A stretch of DNA of 64,000 nt from Octopus bimaculoides (Eukaryota), in the NCBI RefSeq assembly GCF_001194135.2, contig NC_068994.1, positions 43,328,945 through 43,392,944 on the forward strand. Direction: 5' to 3'. Position numbers and translations under genes: made by a program. Below are positions 50,340 to 61,412 of this stretch, in pieces. The notes beneath the pieces were generated by a model that made no database searches, was not told the origin of the DNA, and saw only the letters and a list, made by a program, of their open reading frames with translations. Each line of letters opens with the position of its first letter. The stretch's first letter is position 1.

Positions 50340-51290
50340 TATATGTTTATGTGTGTGTATATATCTATATTTATATTCAGATATATAAATATATATATAT
50401 ATATGTCCATAAATATATGGATATAAATGATGATGATGATGATCTATATATACATATATACACACACACACACACATACACATATACATATGTAAAGAGA
50501 TAAGGAGATAAATAAATAAAATGGAAATTAAAAGATCTAATCTTAACAACTACACCTCGGGGTAGAGAGGATTCCATTAACCAAAACTTTTGTTCTACCA
50601 CGATTTAACTATGAAGCCTTATGGCAAGAAAGTTAACTTAATTCAGCCATCTTGAAAGCTGTCATCAAAGTAACCTGAGCCATCAAACATAATTCTAAGA
50701 CTTCATTCCTCAAAGAAAGCTTCCATCTTCCTGCATCAATCACATAGATGTATTTCAGCGAATAATAGTTACCTTTAACAACCAACATTTTTCCTTTCCA
50801 CTAGTTATGAAAATTTCTGCCAAAATTTTCTCTAATAATAAATTATTCTTGACAAGAGAAGAAAACAATATTTTTTTCCTTTCTTTGTTCTTCCTTTTAA
50901 TTTTTAATTCTAATTCAGTATAGAATAAATCTAATATCTTTAGGTTGTCTTATAGAAGAATCTTTTAGTCTTTTTCCCTATAAGCCATCAGAGGAGAATA
51001 TATTTAAAATATACCATCATCATTTATAAATGACCTTCCTTACAACATATTTCACATATAGAATAATGCAAAGCTCTAGTTAAAACAACAAAAGATTCTA
51101 TTACTATTGCTGCTGTTGTTTACAATTTACTATTTAAGGGAAACGGAGACACAAAATGGAAGTTATAACTACCTTGCTACTCGTCATTTGATAAATCAAA
51201 TCTCTAGGACCTTTTTTTTATCACAACCCTTGGTATTAATTCCCCTCTTATAAACTATATATACATCTCACTTCTGAGCTTTGTTTTTAA

Positions 51291-51505
51291 CCATTTAGCA
51301 TTCAGATTACTGTCAAAAGTAATATTATTTATCTACATTGTTTTCAATCAATCATGCAATATATTGTAGCTTTGAGATCTCAGTAATATGCTTGTTTATT
51401 CTTAGAATGACATTGTAGGATATGTGAGAGGTCAGATCTGGTTGATTTGAACATAATACAAGTAGAATATTTCAGCTGGATATTGCTGGTTTAAACACTA
51501 AAGGG
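51291..51505. mobile_element. Complete piggyBac-type MITE (215 bp)
   Basis: TTAA at 51287-51290 and 51506-51509; TIRs ccatttagcatt / aaacactaaaggg. Confidence 0.72.
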
Positions 51506-51542
51506 TTAAACCAGTCTCTTAAATACAGCATGAAACCCATTG

Positions 51543-52056
51543 TACGAGAGGGTGATGAAAGGTTTCTGGCTTTGGGTAAAAGAGAATACAGGAGGGTCAG
51601 CTAATTATGATTTTATTCAACGCCGTTGCCAGTACCGCCTGACTGGCTCCCGTAGGATTTTCGAGCGAGATCGTTGCCAGTGCCCCTGGACTGGCTTGTG
51701 CGGGTGGCACATAAAAGACACCATTTCGAGCGTGGCCGTTTTCGTGCGGGTGACACGTAAAAGCACCCACTACACTCTCTGAGTGGTTGGCGTTAGGAAG
51801 GGCATCCAGCTGTAGAAACTCTGCCAACCAAATTAGACTGGAGCCTGGTGTTGCCATCCGGTTTCACCAGTCCTCAGTCAGATCGTCCAACCCATGCTAG
51901 CATGGAAAGCGGACGTTGATGATGATATTCCCCTCTCAGATTCACACACTTATTGCAGCAGTCCTTCAGTTTTTCTAAGCCCTGTAAAAGAACTCAGAAG
52001 ATTGGACCTTCAACCAGGCCTTTCATGGTACCCTTAAATCCAGGAACTTTTCAGTA
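51543..52056 (-). mobile_element. Mariner MITE family D interrupted by a family B retroposon at 51622-51924
   Basis: MITE text ...ttttattcaac resumes as atattcccctctcagattcacac... after the insert. Confidence 0.9.
51622..51924 (+). mobile_element. Young family B retroposon
   Basis: CpG-rich, only a few differences from 19915-20125, short gatgatg tail. Confidence 0.92.
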
Positions 52057-52105
52057 TATATGTGTGTATAAATGTTTATATGTGTGTGTGCATGCGTGTG
52101 TGTGC

Positions 52106-52149
<44 letters not shown>

Positions 52150-52899
52150 TCATGCATGCGTGTGTCTGTCTGTCTGTGCCTGTTTGTCTGTGTCTGTCTG
52201 TCTCTGTCTGAGAATGGAAGAACACACGTATGTCTCTGTGCTTGTATTTGTGTTTGTCCAAACAATACAATATAGACCAGACTTAAAACTAAATAGCAGT
52301 TTCTTCAACTGAACCCTTCAAGGTATATCCCTAGCATGGGCAGGTCTAATAGCTATGGCAAATAAAAGTTATTATCTGTTATTATATATCTGTTTTGTTT
52401 TATAAACATAAATCTGTCCTCAAATATTTTACGCACCCTGTAAATATGTATGTATGTTTGAGTGTATGAGTGACTGTGTATATTCATTTCCATGTCTGTA
52501 CTTATAATAAGAGAATCTACATTGCAACCAACTTGTTTACAGATTTATGCTACAAGAAATGTCGATGAAGCCAACAGAGTTACAAATAGCAGTTTGGCAG
52601 TTCCCTCACCACATTTTCCTTCATATAAGGACTGGAATAAAATGGATAGCTTCTGAATCCACAGAGAGGTTTATGGCATCCCTAGACTATGGAGATATAG
52701 TGGCCACACACAGACAAAGTGGGAGCGACTTGAAAACAATGAGTTTTCAAGTCCCTCCCTCTTCAAGTCCCTCCATGTATAAAGAGAGAGGGACAACTGT
52801 AGCAGACGAGATAAAAAAAAAAAAAGGAAGCAAAAAGCTGTTACATGGAGTTAGTACAATATTGCCAGTAGGGACAGTGTAACACTTGGGAGGAGTTTG

Positions 52900-53270
52900 T
52901 GATTAGGCAAAAGGTGGGATAGTAAGAACTTGGGTCATGAGAGCAACCAGAATCAATTTCCTAATCTTGCAGACTTAAAACATGGGAAGATAGAGGCAAG
53001 TGGTCTGTACAAATGTAGAAATACCAGAATGATGAAACTCATGCTCTCCAGTTTTCTGCTAGGTCTGGAGCACAGATTCACATGGTGGCACAACCAAGTA
53101 CTGATTGATGCAATGATTGAGAGGTAAAGTAGATTAACAATGATGAAAGACCACAAGTACTGGAGCATGGGAAGATAAAGATTTGCAGGGAAGTTAACAC
53201 TGTAAGTCAGTCACTGTAGGGAGAAAGAATAATCCAAAATGGAAGGAGACTTGAAAGGAGCTTGCTAACT
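52900..53270 (+). pseudogene. Possible decayed LINE APE-endonuclease fragment
   Basis: HRFTWWHNQVLIDAMI resembles the H..TW...NQIDY motif; otherwise weak. Confidence 0.2.
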
Positions 53271-53364
53271 GTAATATCATTTCCCACTTTTTACCATATG
53301 GATATGTGTGTCCATGTATGCTGTGTATACATACACACAAACACACGCGCACACACATATATAG

Positions 53365-53389
53365 ATAGCTAGCTAGCTAGCTAGCTAGA

Positions 53390-53441
<52 letters not shown>

Positions 53442-53454
53442 TAGATAGATAGAT

Positions 53455-53508
<54 letters not shown>

Positions 53509-53521
53509 TAGATAGATAGAT

Positions 53522-53587
<66 letters not shown>

Positions 53588-53610
53588 TAGATAGATAGAT
53601 GATAGATAGA
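53365..53610. repeat. Compound (GCTA)n/(GATA)n/(GACA)n microsatellite running into a gap
   Basis: Read directly. Confidence 0.95.
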
Positions 53611-53802
53611 NNNNNNNNNNNNNNNNNNNNNNNNNNNNNNNNNNNNNNNNNNNNNNNNNNNNNNNNNNNNNNNNNNNNNNNNNNNNNNNNNNNNNNNNNN
53701 NNNNNNNNNNNNNNNNNNNNNNNNNNNNNNNNNNNNNNNNNNNNNNNNNNNNNNNNNNNNNNNNNNNNNNNNNNNNNNNNNNNNNNNNNNNNNNNNNNNN
53801 NN

Positions 53803-54012
53803 AGCACGCCGGGCGAAATGCTTAGCGGTATTTCGTCTGCCATTATGTTCTGAGTTCAAATTCTGCCGAGGTCGACTTTGCCTTTCATCCTTTCGGGGTT
53901 GATAAATTAAGTACCAGTTATGCACTGGGGTCGATGTAATCGACTTAATCCCTTTGTCTGTCCTTGTTTGTCCCCTCTATGTTTAGTCCCTTGTGGGCAA
54001 GAAAGAAATAAG
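53803..54012 (+). mobile_element. Well-preserved SINE family C (long variant), head cut by gap
   Basis: agcacgccgggcgaaatgcttagcggtatttcg...gaggtcgactttgcctttcatcctttcgggg; CpGs retained. Confidence 0.92.
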
Positions 54013-54028
54013 ATAGATAGATAGATAG

Positions 54029-54061
<33 letters not shown>

Positions 54062-55249
54062 GTATAGGTGTGTGTGTGTGTCTGTGTGAGTGTGTATGTG
54101 TGCGCGTATTTATGTGAAGAGTAACAGAGGAAGGCAGGGAGTAAATGAAATGCAAAAACAGGACTGATATATACATTGTCTACAAATAAATAAATAAATT
54201 AATTAATAAATAAATAAATAGACAGTAATAGAGGCGTCTGAACTTAGACGAAACAAAATGTTGAAAAATATATATATATATGACAGTGAGAGAGTAGTAA
54301 TGAGTTTGATCTAAGTGCGTGTTGTTATTTTGATTAAATTGTTCAAAATAGGATTATGCAGAGTAATGAGTTTCAGTCAATTAGCAATATTTTCTATTGC
54401 TCCTGAAGGCTAGAATTTAGATGTTTAATTACTTAGCTGTTCTGGAGTGAAATCTTATGCTAAAGATAGATTTTCTACTCTTGTAATTAGAGTCCATTGC
54501 CAACTGTGTAATGTACACATTATATAATTAGATATAGGTTAAATTCTGCTGACTTTAATAACATTGGTCAATGGAGAACGTGGTTGAAAAGGTTTGATAT
54601 AAGGAGAAAGATTAAACTTAAATCTTCCACTCACTAGTATTTATTAAAATGGCTGTAAAGTCAGATGAATTGTGCCTTCCCATTATCTTATACATCGAAA
54701 TGGTTCTCTTAAAAGTGTTATTTATTGTTGCAATAGTAATTTATTTTGTCACTGGTAATTCTCTTACCTATTGCCATTGTAGGCACAATTCAATTTCCCA
54801 GGGAATAATAAAATATTCTGAGAAAAGCTACCAGTTATAGAATATCTGTGAGAGGCATGTGTATTTAAGTATATATTGCACTCTAAACATAACATTTCTG
54901 AACGATAAACTACCATCTTCTCTCATTTGTAAAGATTCTATCTTTCTATACGTGCGTATCTCATTGTGCCCTCAAGTAATTACGTTATAGAACAACACAC
55001 TTTAGTCTTCTTAGGTGCACCTCCTACTTGTTTATAATGAATGGCTGTTATCCATTTGTCAAAACTGTACTCAAGCAACTTGTTCAAACGTTCAGATTTG
55101 CAGTGCAGGTCAGTGCATACTTATTGTATCACAAGAACACATGAAACATGTACTCACACACACACACATATATGTTTGTCCAAGTATGTGTATACACACA
55201 TACATATATATATACATATGTATATATATGTATACATATATGTGTGTGC

Positions 55250-55289
<40 letters not shown>

Positions 55290-55297
55290 ACACATAC

Positions 55298-55334
<37 letters not shown>

Positions 55335-55946
55335 NNNNNNNNNNNNNNNNNNNNNNNNNNNNNNNNNNNNNNNNNNNNNNNNNNATACACACATACATAT
55401 ATATATACATAGGTATATGTGTGTGTGTATACATATGTGTGTATTCACACGCATGCATAAATAAACAAATGTGCAAATGTTTAAGAAGAAAATCATTCAT
55501 GTATCTTGAACAAAAACCAATCAAGCATTTAATTACTTCCCCATATTAAAAACCAACAGTTTATTGCAATTAATAAACAACCAGACATTACTGGACAAAC
55601 TTGTCATTAAAACAACCACTCAGAAGCTTTTTTGTTCTTTGTGTCATTCTTCAACAAACAGCTGACATTTCTTCATATACACTGAAATCAATATGCAACT
55701 GGTCCTTTTGGACAAAGACGCTATACACCCACACACTTATACATGCACACACACACACACACATGCACACACACACACACACAGACACACACACACAGAG
55801 ACATACACACACACTTATGCATATGCTTGTAGATTCAAAACAACAAACAGGTGGTCAGACTCACTTATTCCTTGTCCAGCCTTAAGACTCAAGCAAAAGG
55901 ATTTACCACAAATATTGAAATTCCTGTCATCTTGTAACAAATAGTT

Positions 55947-56000
<54 letters not shown>

Positions 56001-56673
56001 NNNNNNNNNNNNNNNNNNNNNNNNNNNNNNNNNNNNNNNNNNNNNNNNNNNNNNNNNNNNNNNNNNNNNNNNNNNNNNNNNNNNNNNNNNNNNNNNNNNN
56101 NNNNNNNNNNNNNNNNNNNNNNNNNNNNNNNNNNNNNNNNNNNNNNNNNNNNNNNNNNNNNNNNNNNNNNNNNNNNNNNNNNNNNNNNNNNNNNNNNNNN
56201 NNNNNNNNNNNNNNNNNNNNNNNNNNNNNNNNNNNNNNNNNNNNNNNNNNNNNNNNNNNNNNNNNNNNNNNNNNNNNNNNNNNNNNNNNNNNNNNNNNNN
56301 NNNNNNNNNNNNNNNNNNNNNNNNNNNNNNNNNNNNNNNNNNNNNNNNNNNNNNNNNNNNNNNNNNNNNNNNNNNNNNNNNNNNNNNNNNNNNNNNNNNN
56401 NNNNNNNNNNNNNNNNNNNNNNNNNNNNNNNNNNNNNNNNNNNNNNNNNNNNNNNNNNNNNNNNNNNNNNNNNNNNNNNNNNNNNNNNNNNNNNNNNNNN
56501 NNNNNNNNNNNNNNNNNNNNNNNNNNNNNNNNNNNNNNNNNNNNNNNNNNNNNNNNNNNNNNNNNNNNNNNNNNNNNNNNNNNNNNNNNNNNNNNNNNNN
56601 NNNNNNNNNNNNNNNNNNNNNNNNNNNNNNNNNNNNNNNNNNNNNNNNNNNNNNNNNNNNNNNNNNNNNNNNN

Positions 56674-56717
<44 letters not shown>

Positions 56718-57339
56718 TTCCTTTGTTGGCTTGGTATGAAGATCGAACTGATTCATTTTATCTTTCTCATGATTCATCAGTCCTTGCCCACCTCCACCAT
56801 CCCGAAGCTGTTGAAAGCAAGCTGTGCACAACCACTGAGTAAAGAACTTGCTTTATGATTGGGCCTAATTTCACAGCAAAACCAAATATATGCTTATTAA
56901 GCACCGTATGCATATTTATTTATTATTAATATCATGAGATCATTTTAGTTCATTGCACTCTTTCCTAAAAATGTACTTAGCTAAGCTAAAAGAAGTCAAT
57001 GTATAATTTACAGCATTAGTTAGTGTGTGTTAGTATCTTTATTTATAAATGTAGCCGAATGGTGTTAACAAAGGGGATTTTTAAGTGCTCAGCATGTGTT
57101 GTATTGACACAGCACACATTACAGGTTATATAAACAGAAGTACTTTGCTACGGATGGCATGATTGTTGGTTTCCTAAATGAAGATAATCAATTAGAAGAT
57201 TTCAGTTGAGTTTGTACAGGCAAGTGTATTATTTATGAAAAATGAAAATGAAAAATGGAAATATGATGTGTACCTGTGCAAATCTATAAAAAAATATGTC
57301 TGTCTATGTGTGCATGTGTGTTGTGTAAGTATAAGTACT

Positions 57340-57465
57340 GATATGGATGTGTGGTTGAGGAGTTTGTTTCTGAACCATGTGACTATCGGTTCAATCCCAT
57401 GGCATGCCACTTTGGGCAAAAAGTCTTTTGCTATAGTTCTAAGCCAACCAATGCCTTGAGAAAGA
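57340..57465 (+). mobile_element. SINE family A 5' module
   Basis: atggatgtgtggttgaggagtttg...cggttcaatccc...tgccactttgggcaaaagtcttttgctatag. Confidence 0.75.
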
Positions 57466-57482
57466 ATACACATAAACACACA

Positions 57483-57528
<46 letters not shown>

Positions 57529-57827
57529 TAAAAATAAATACAAAAAAAAGGGTTTTGTATGATCATGTATAGAGGAATATATTATTTTATATATATACAC
57601 ATGCACATACATATGTATATAGATAGATAGATAGATAGATAGACACACCTGTGTGAATGCTTACAATTTATGCTTAAATTAAATGTTACCATTTGTAACT
57701 GGGCTATACAGAATAAGCATCTGGCTGTAAAAATTTCTTTTCATATAGCTTCTTCTTTTGGACCATGCTAATACAGAAAATCAGTAGAGATAGAGAATGA
57801 ATTGTAATTTGGTATGTAATATTGATT

Positions 57828-58035
57828 ACAAATTTTGGCACAAGGCCAGCAATTTTAGGGGAAGGGTAAGTCAGTTACATGGACTCCAGGGTTCAGCTGG
57901 TACTTATTTTATTACCCCTGAGAGGATGAAAGGCAAAGCTGACCTCAGCAGAATTTGAACTCAAAATGTATAGATGAACGAAATGCCACTAAGGATTTTG
58001 TCCAGTGTACTAACAGTTCTTCCAGCTTGCCATCT
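57828..58035 (-). mobile_element. SINE family C
   Basis: acaaattttggcacaaggccagc...gatgaaaggcaaagctgacctcagcagaatttgaactc...ttccagcttgccatc. Confidence 0.88.
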
Positions 58036-59174
58036 TAGTTTGGTATGTGATATTAGTATATCAATTCCATCATGCAGCTCCAGGATGCTAGTCATTTTTA
58101 TTATACTAATACTAATTCTTAGTAGATTTAGAAGCTAAACAGTGTGTGCAGTGAAAACATAGTTTTGTCATGTTTTTGTCTTTGTATTTGCTTTTTTTTT
58201 CTCTGAACTTCAACCAAAAGACCCATTTGTGAGTTGAGTGGAACATGGACAAAAAAATCGAAGTAGATCGATGGACAGACATCTTGATGTGTTCCCACCG
58301 AGTCTCAAAATTCAAAGGAACCATTTCAAATGTTAGGGTAACCGTAGGAGCAGTAGTCAGAAATTCCTTGTTAATCAGACTAATAGACAAGTTAACATTG
58401 GTAGAATTCTATTTCTGACATAACAAAAGGATTCATAACAATAGCCAGGTGTGGGAGAAGGAGCAGGTGGGAGGTCCCACTCAGGTGAGAATGCTATAGG
58501 GCCGGCATTTTTGGGTCTGCTACATAAGTCTGTAGACAAACTCAAGGGTTGCTCTCAGAAGATACTAAAGGCAAAATATACCTACAAAGGATCTGGCTTG
58601 ATTCTGTTGGAATATTTCAAATAATTTTACACTTTTAGTTTTAATATTTTGTTATAGATTTTTAATTTTAATTTTTTTTTTTTTTTTTTGGTATACAGAG
58701 ATTCTTTAGTAGTTGTCAAACGAGTAACATCTCAATATATGCATTAATCTGCTCACATGTTACCTGTTTTCTAAGAAGCCATAAGCCTCAATTTTTTTTC
58801 AGCAAAACAAAAGTCTTAAGCAGAAACTGATAAGATTCGTTCTGTAACAAAAATATATTTGAGATTTAAATACATGAACACATAGACTTTGGTGTAACAA
58901 CTAGTTCACTGACTTGTAAACTACGTAGGTGTTTTATAGTAACCATAAGCTGTTGCTTTTTAGTAGTATGATAGAATTAAATAGATACTGATGACAGCTC
59001 ACAATCTATAAACTAACATAAGATAATAATAAAAAAAACTATGAAACTATTTCATTAAATCTGTTTCATTTTATGTAATGAATTACAGTTCATTCATTTT
59101 ATTTGGTATGAAGAGAATACGTACATGTGTGAGTGCATCACATGCATACATACTCACATACATACATACATACA

Positions 59175-59236
<62 letters not shown>

Positions 59237-59277
59237 CATACACACATACATACATACATACATATATACATACATAC

Positions 59278-59314
<37 letters not shown>

Positions 59315-59577
59315 NNNNNNNNNNNNNNNNNNNNNNNNNNNNNNNNNNNNNNNNNNNNNNNNNNNNNNNNNNNNNNNNNNNNNNNNNNNNNNNNNNNNNN
59401 NNNNNNNNNNNNNNNNNNNNNNNNNNNNNNNNNNNNNNNNNNNNNNNNNNNNNNNNNNNNNNNNNNNNNNNNNNNNNNNNNNNNNNNNNNNNNNNNNNNN
59501 NNNNNNNNNNNNNNNNNNNNNNNNNNNNNNNNNNNNNNNNNNNNNNNNNNNNNNTATAATGTGTGTATATACATATA

Positions 59578-59855
59578 TATAGGTGCAGGAGTGGCTGTGT
59601 GGTCAGTAGCGTGCTTAGTAACCACATAGATCGAGGTTCAGTCTCACAACGTGGGACCATATATATGTATATGTTTGTGTGTCTGTATTTGTCTCCCCAC
59701 TATCACTTGAAAACCGATGTTGGTGTGTTCGCATCCCCGTAACTTAGCAGTTAGGCTTACAAAGAATAAGTCCTGGGGCTGATTTGTTCAACTAAGGGTG
59801 GTACTCTAACATGGCCACTGTCAAATGACTGAAACAAGCAAAAGAATAAAAGAAT
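59578..59855 (+). mobile_element. SINE family A with internal deletions
   Basis: aggtgcaggagtggctgtgtggtcagtagc...gaggttcagtctc; 3' module to aaatgactgaaacaagcaaaagaataaaagaa. Confidence 0.88.
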
Positions 59856-59856
59856 A

Positions 59857-60748
59857 TATGAGGGAGAGTTAAAAATTACGCGCACTCGTTTTTTCAATGT
59901 ATTTACACAAAAGCAGGAGATAAAAACAAGTATGTCATTTGTCTATATAGTCTTTTTGCTTTTCAATGCACTTGGTCCAGCTGTCCACAAGCTTGGATAT
60001 TGCCTCCAAGAAGAAGGTTTCCAGTTAGCCGTTCAAACATTTATGCACCGCTTCCTTCATATATTCATCTGTAGGAAATCAACAACCATCTAAACCGTTT
60101 TTGAGCAGTTCAAAAATATGATAGTCAGAAGGGCTAAGATCTGGGCTGTAGGCAGGGTGTTCCAGCACCTCAAAACCCAACTGGTTAATGGTTTCAACGG
60201 TCTGGGAAGCTGTGTGTGGGCGTACGTTGTCATGCAACAACAGAACTTTCTTCAGCAATAAGCTTCAGCAGTTGGTGCAAATTGCTTCCCAGCAAAGCAC
60301 TGTATCTTGCATTGTTGATCGTACACCTGTTTTCTAGGTAGTCTTCCAGTATAGGCTCTTTTGAGCCTTAAAAAGGGCTAGGATCACCTTTCTCACAGAA
60401 GACTGGGTCTTGAATTTTTTTGTTGCTAATGAACCAGGATGTTTCTACTTTATACTCTGTCCTTTGGATTCTGTCTCATAATGATAGATCCACGTTTTAT
60501 CTCCCAAGACTTTTCTGCTCAAAAATTCCCTGCCCTCATCGTTGTAGCAATTGAGTAAACGTTAGAAGATCTCAAGATATTTGCACTTGTGCTCTGCAGT
60601 AAGCTCTCTTGGCACCCATCTTGCACAGACTAATCTGCAGAGAATAAGCCACCTCATCGATTTTAACTTGCCAGTTCACCATTACCATCTCTTGAGCTTG
60701 CTGAATCTTCTCATCAGTAAGCTCCCTCTTTGTGCTCCCTCTTCATGC
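59857..60748 (-). pseudogene. Decayed mariner (DD34D) transposase with one TIR; 5' end missing
   Basis: Minus strand reads CARWVPRELTAEHK (60601-60618), LGDKTWIYHYETESK, LLLHDNVRPHTA, EHPAYSPDLSPSDYHIF, KLVDSWTKCIEKQKDYIDK* (stop 59935); TIR tatgagggagagttaaaaatt after TA; several stops and frameshifts. Confidence 0.92.
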
Positions 60749-61189
60749 ATATGCACATGCACACATACACACACACATAAACATGCAAACATATTTGTGT
60801 ATGAATGTATGTATAATCATTTGAAGCAGATGTTTTATTCTTTAGTATTCAGTGTTTGCAATGTATTACCTTTCAGGAAACATATACAGAGGAGAATTAC
60901 ATATAGACTGATGATACAGAATACAAATGGTCAATGTGCTATGTGAGTGGTGGTCTGTATTTTGTATTCTTCAGCAGGAATTTGTTTATATGCCTACATA
61001 TTGACAGAGTATTGACTTTTTACATTTAAAACCTTGAAGCATTGCATTATGTTATACTTCTCAGAAAGACATAGAATGCATTCATTCATTCATAGGACTA
61101 GAGGATCACAATGCAGTTTCATCGATGTTCCAGATAAGCTGATGTAAAGCAAACGTTATGTATTGTATTTCCATTATTATTTGTTTCTA

Positions 61190-61412
61190 TAAGGCAGCAA
61201 GCTGGCAGAACTGTTAGCACATCAGGTAAAATGTTTATTAGCATTTCGTTTGTCTTTACATTCTGAGTTCAAATTCCACCAAGGTCGACTTTGCCTTTCA
61301 TCCTTTTGCAGTCGATAAAATAAGTACCAGTTGAGTACTGGAGGTCAATGCAATCAACTAGCTCATGCCCACAAAATTTCAGGCTTTGTGTCTATAACAG
61401 AAAAGACCATTA
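61190..61412 (+). mobile_element. SINE family C
   Basis: aaggcagcaagctggcagaactgttagcac...gagttcaaattccaccaaggtcgactttgcctttcatcc...gaaaagaccattatt. Confidence 0.9.

Noticed and set aside
54768-58390. Minus-strand exon candidates 54768-54845 (YSITGSFSQNILLFPGKLNCAYNGN) and the 92-aa ORF at 58112-58390
   Set aside because: Isolated, no recognisable domain, and the second lacks a good donor; not distinguishable from chance without RNA data.
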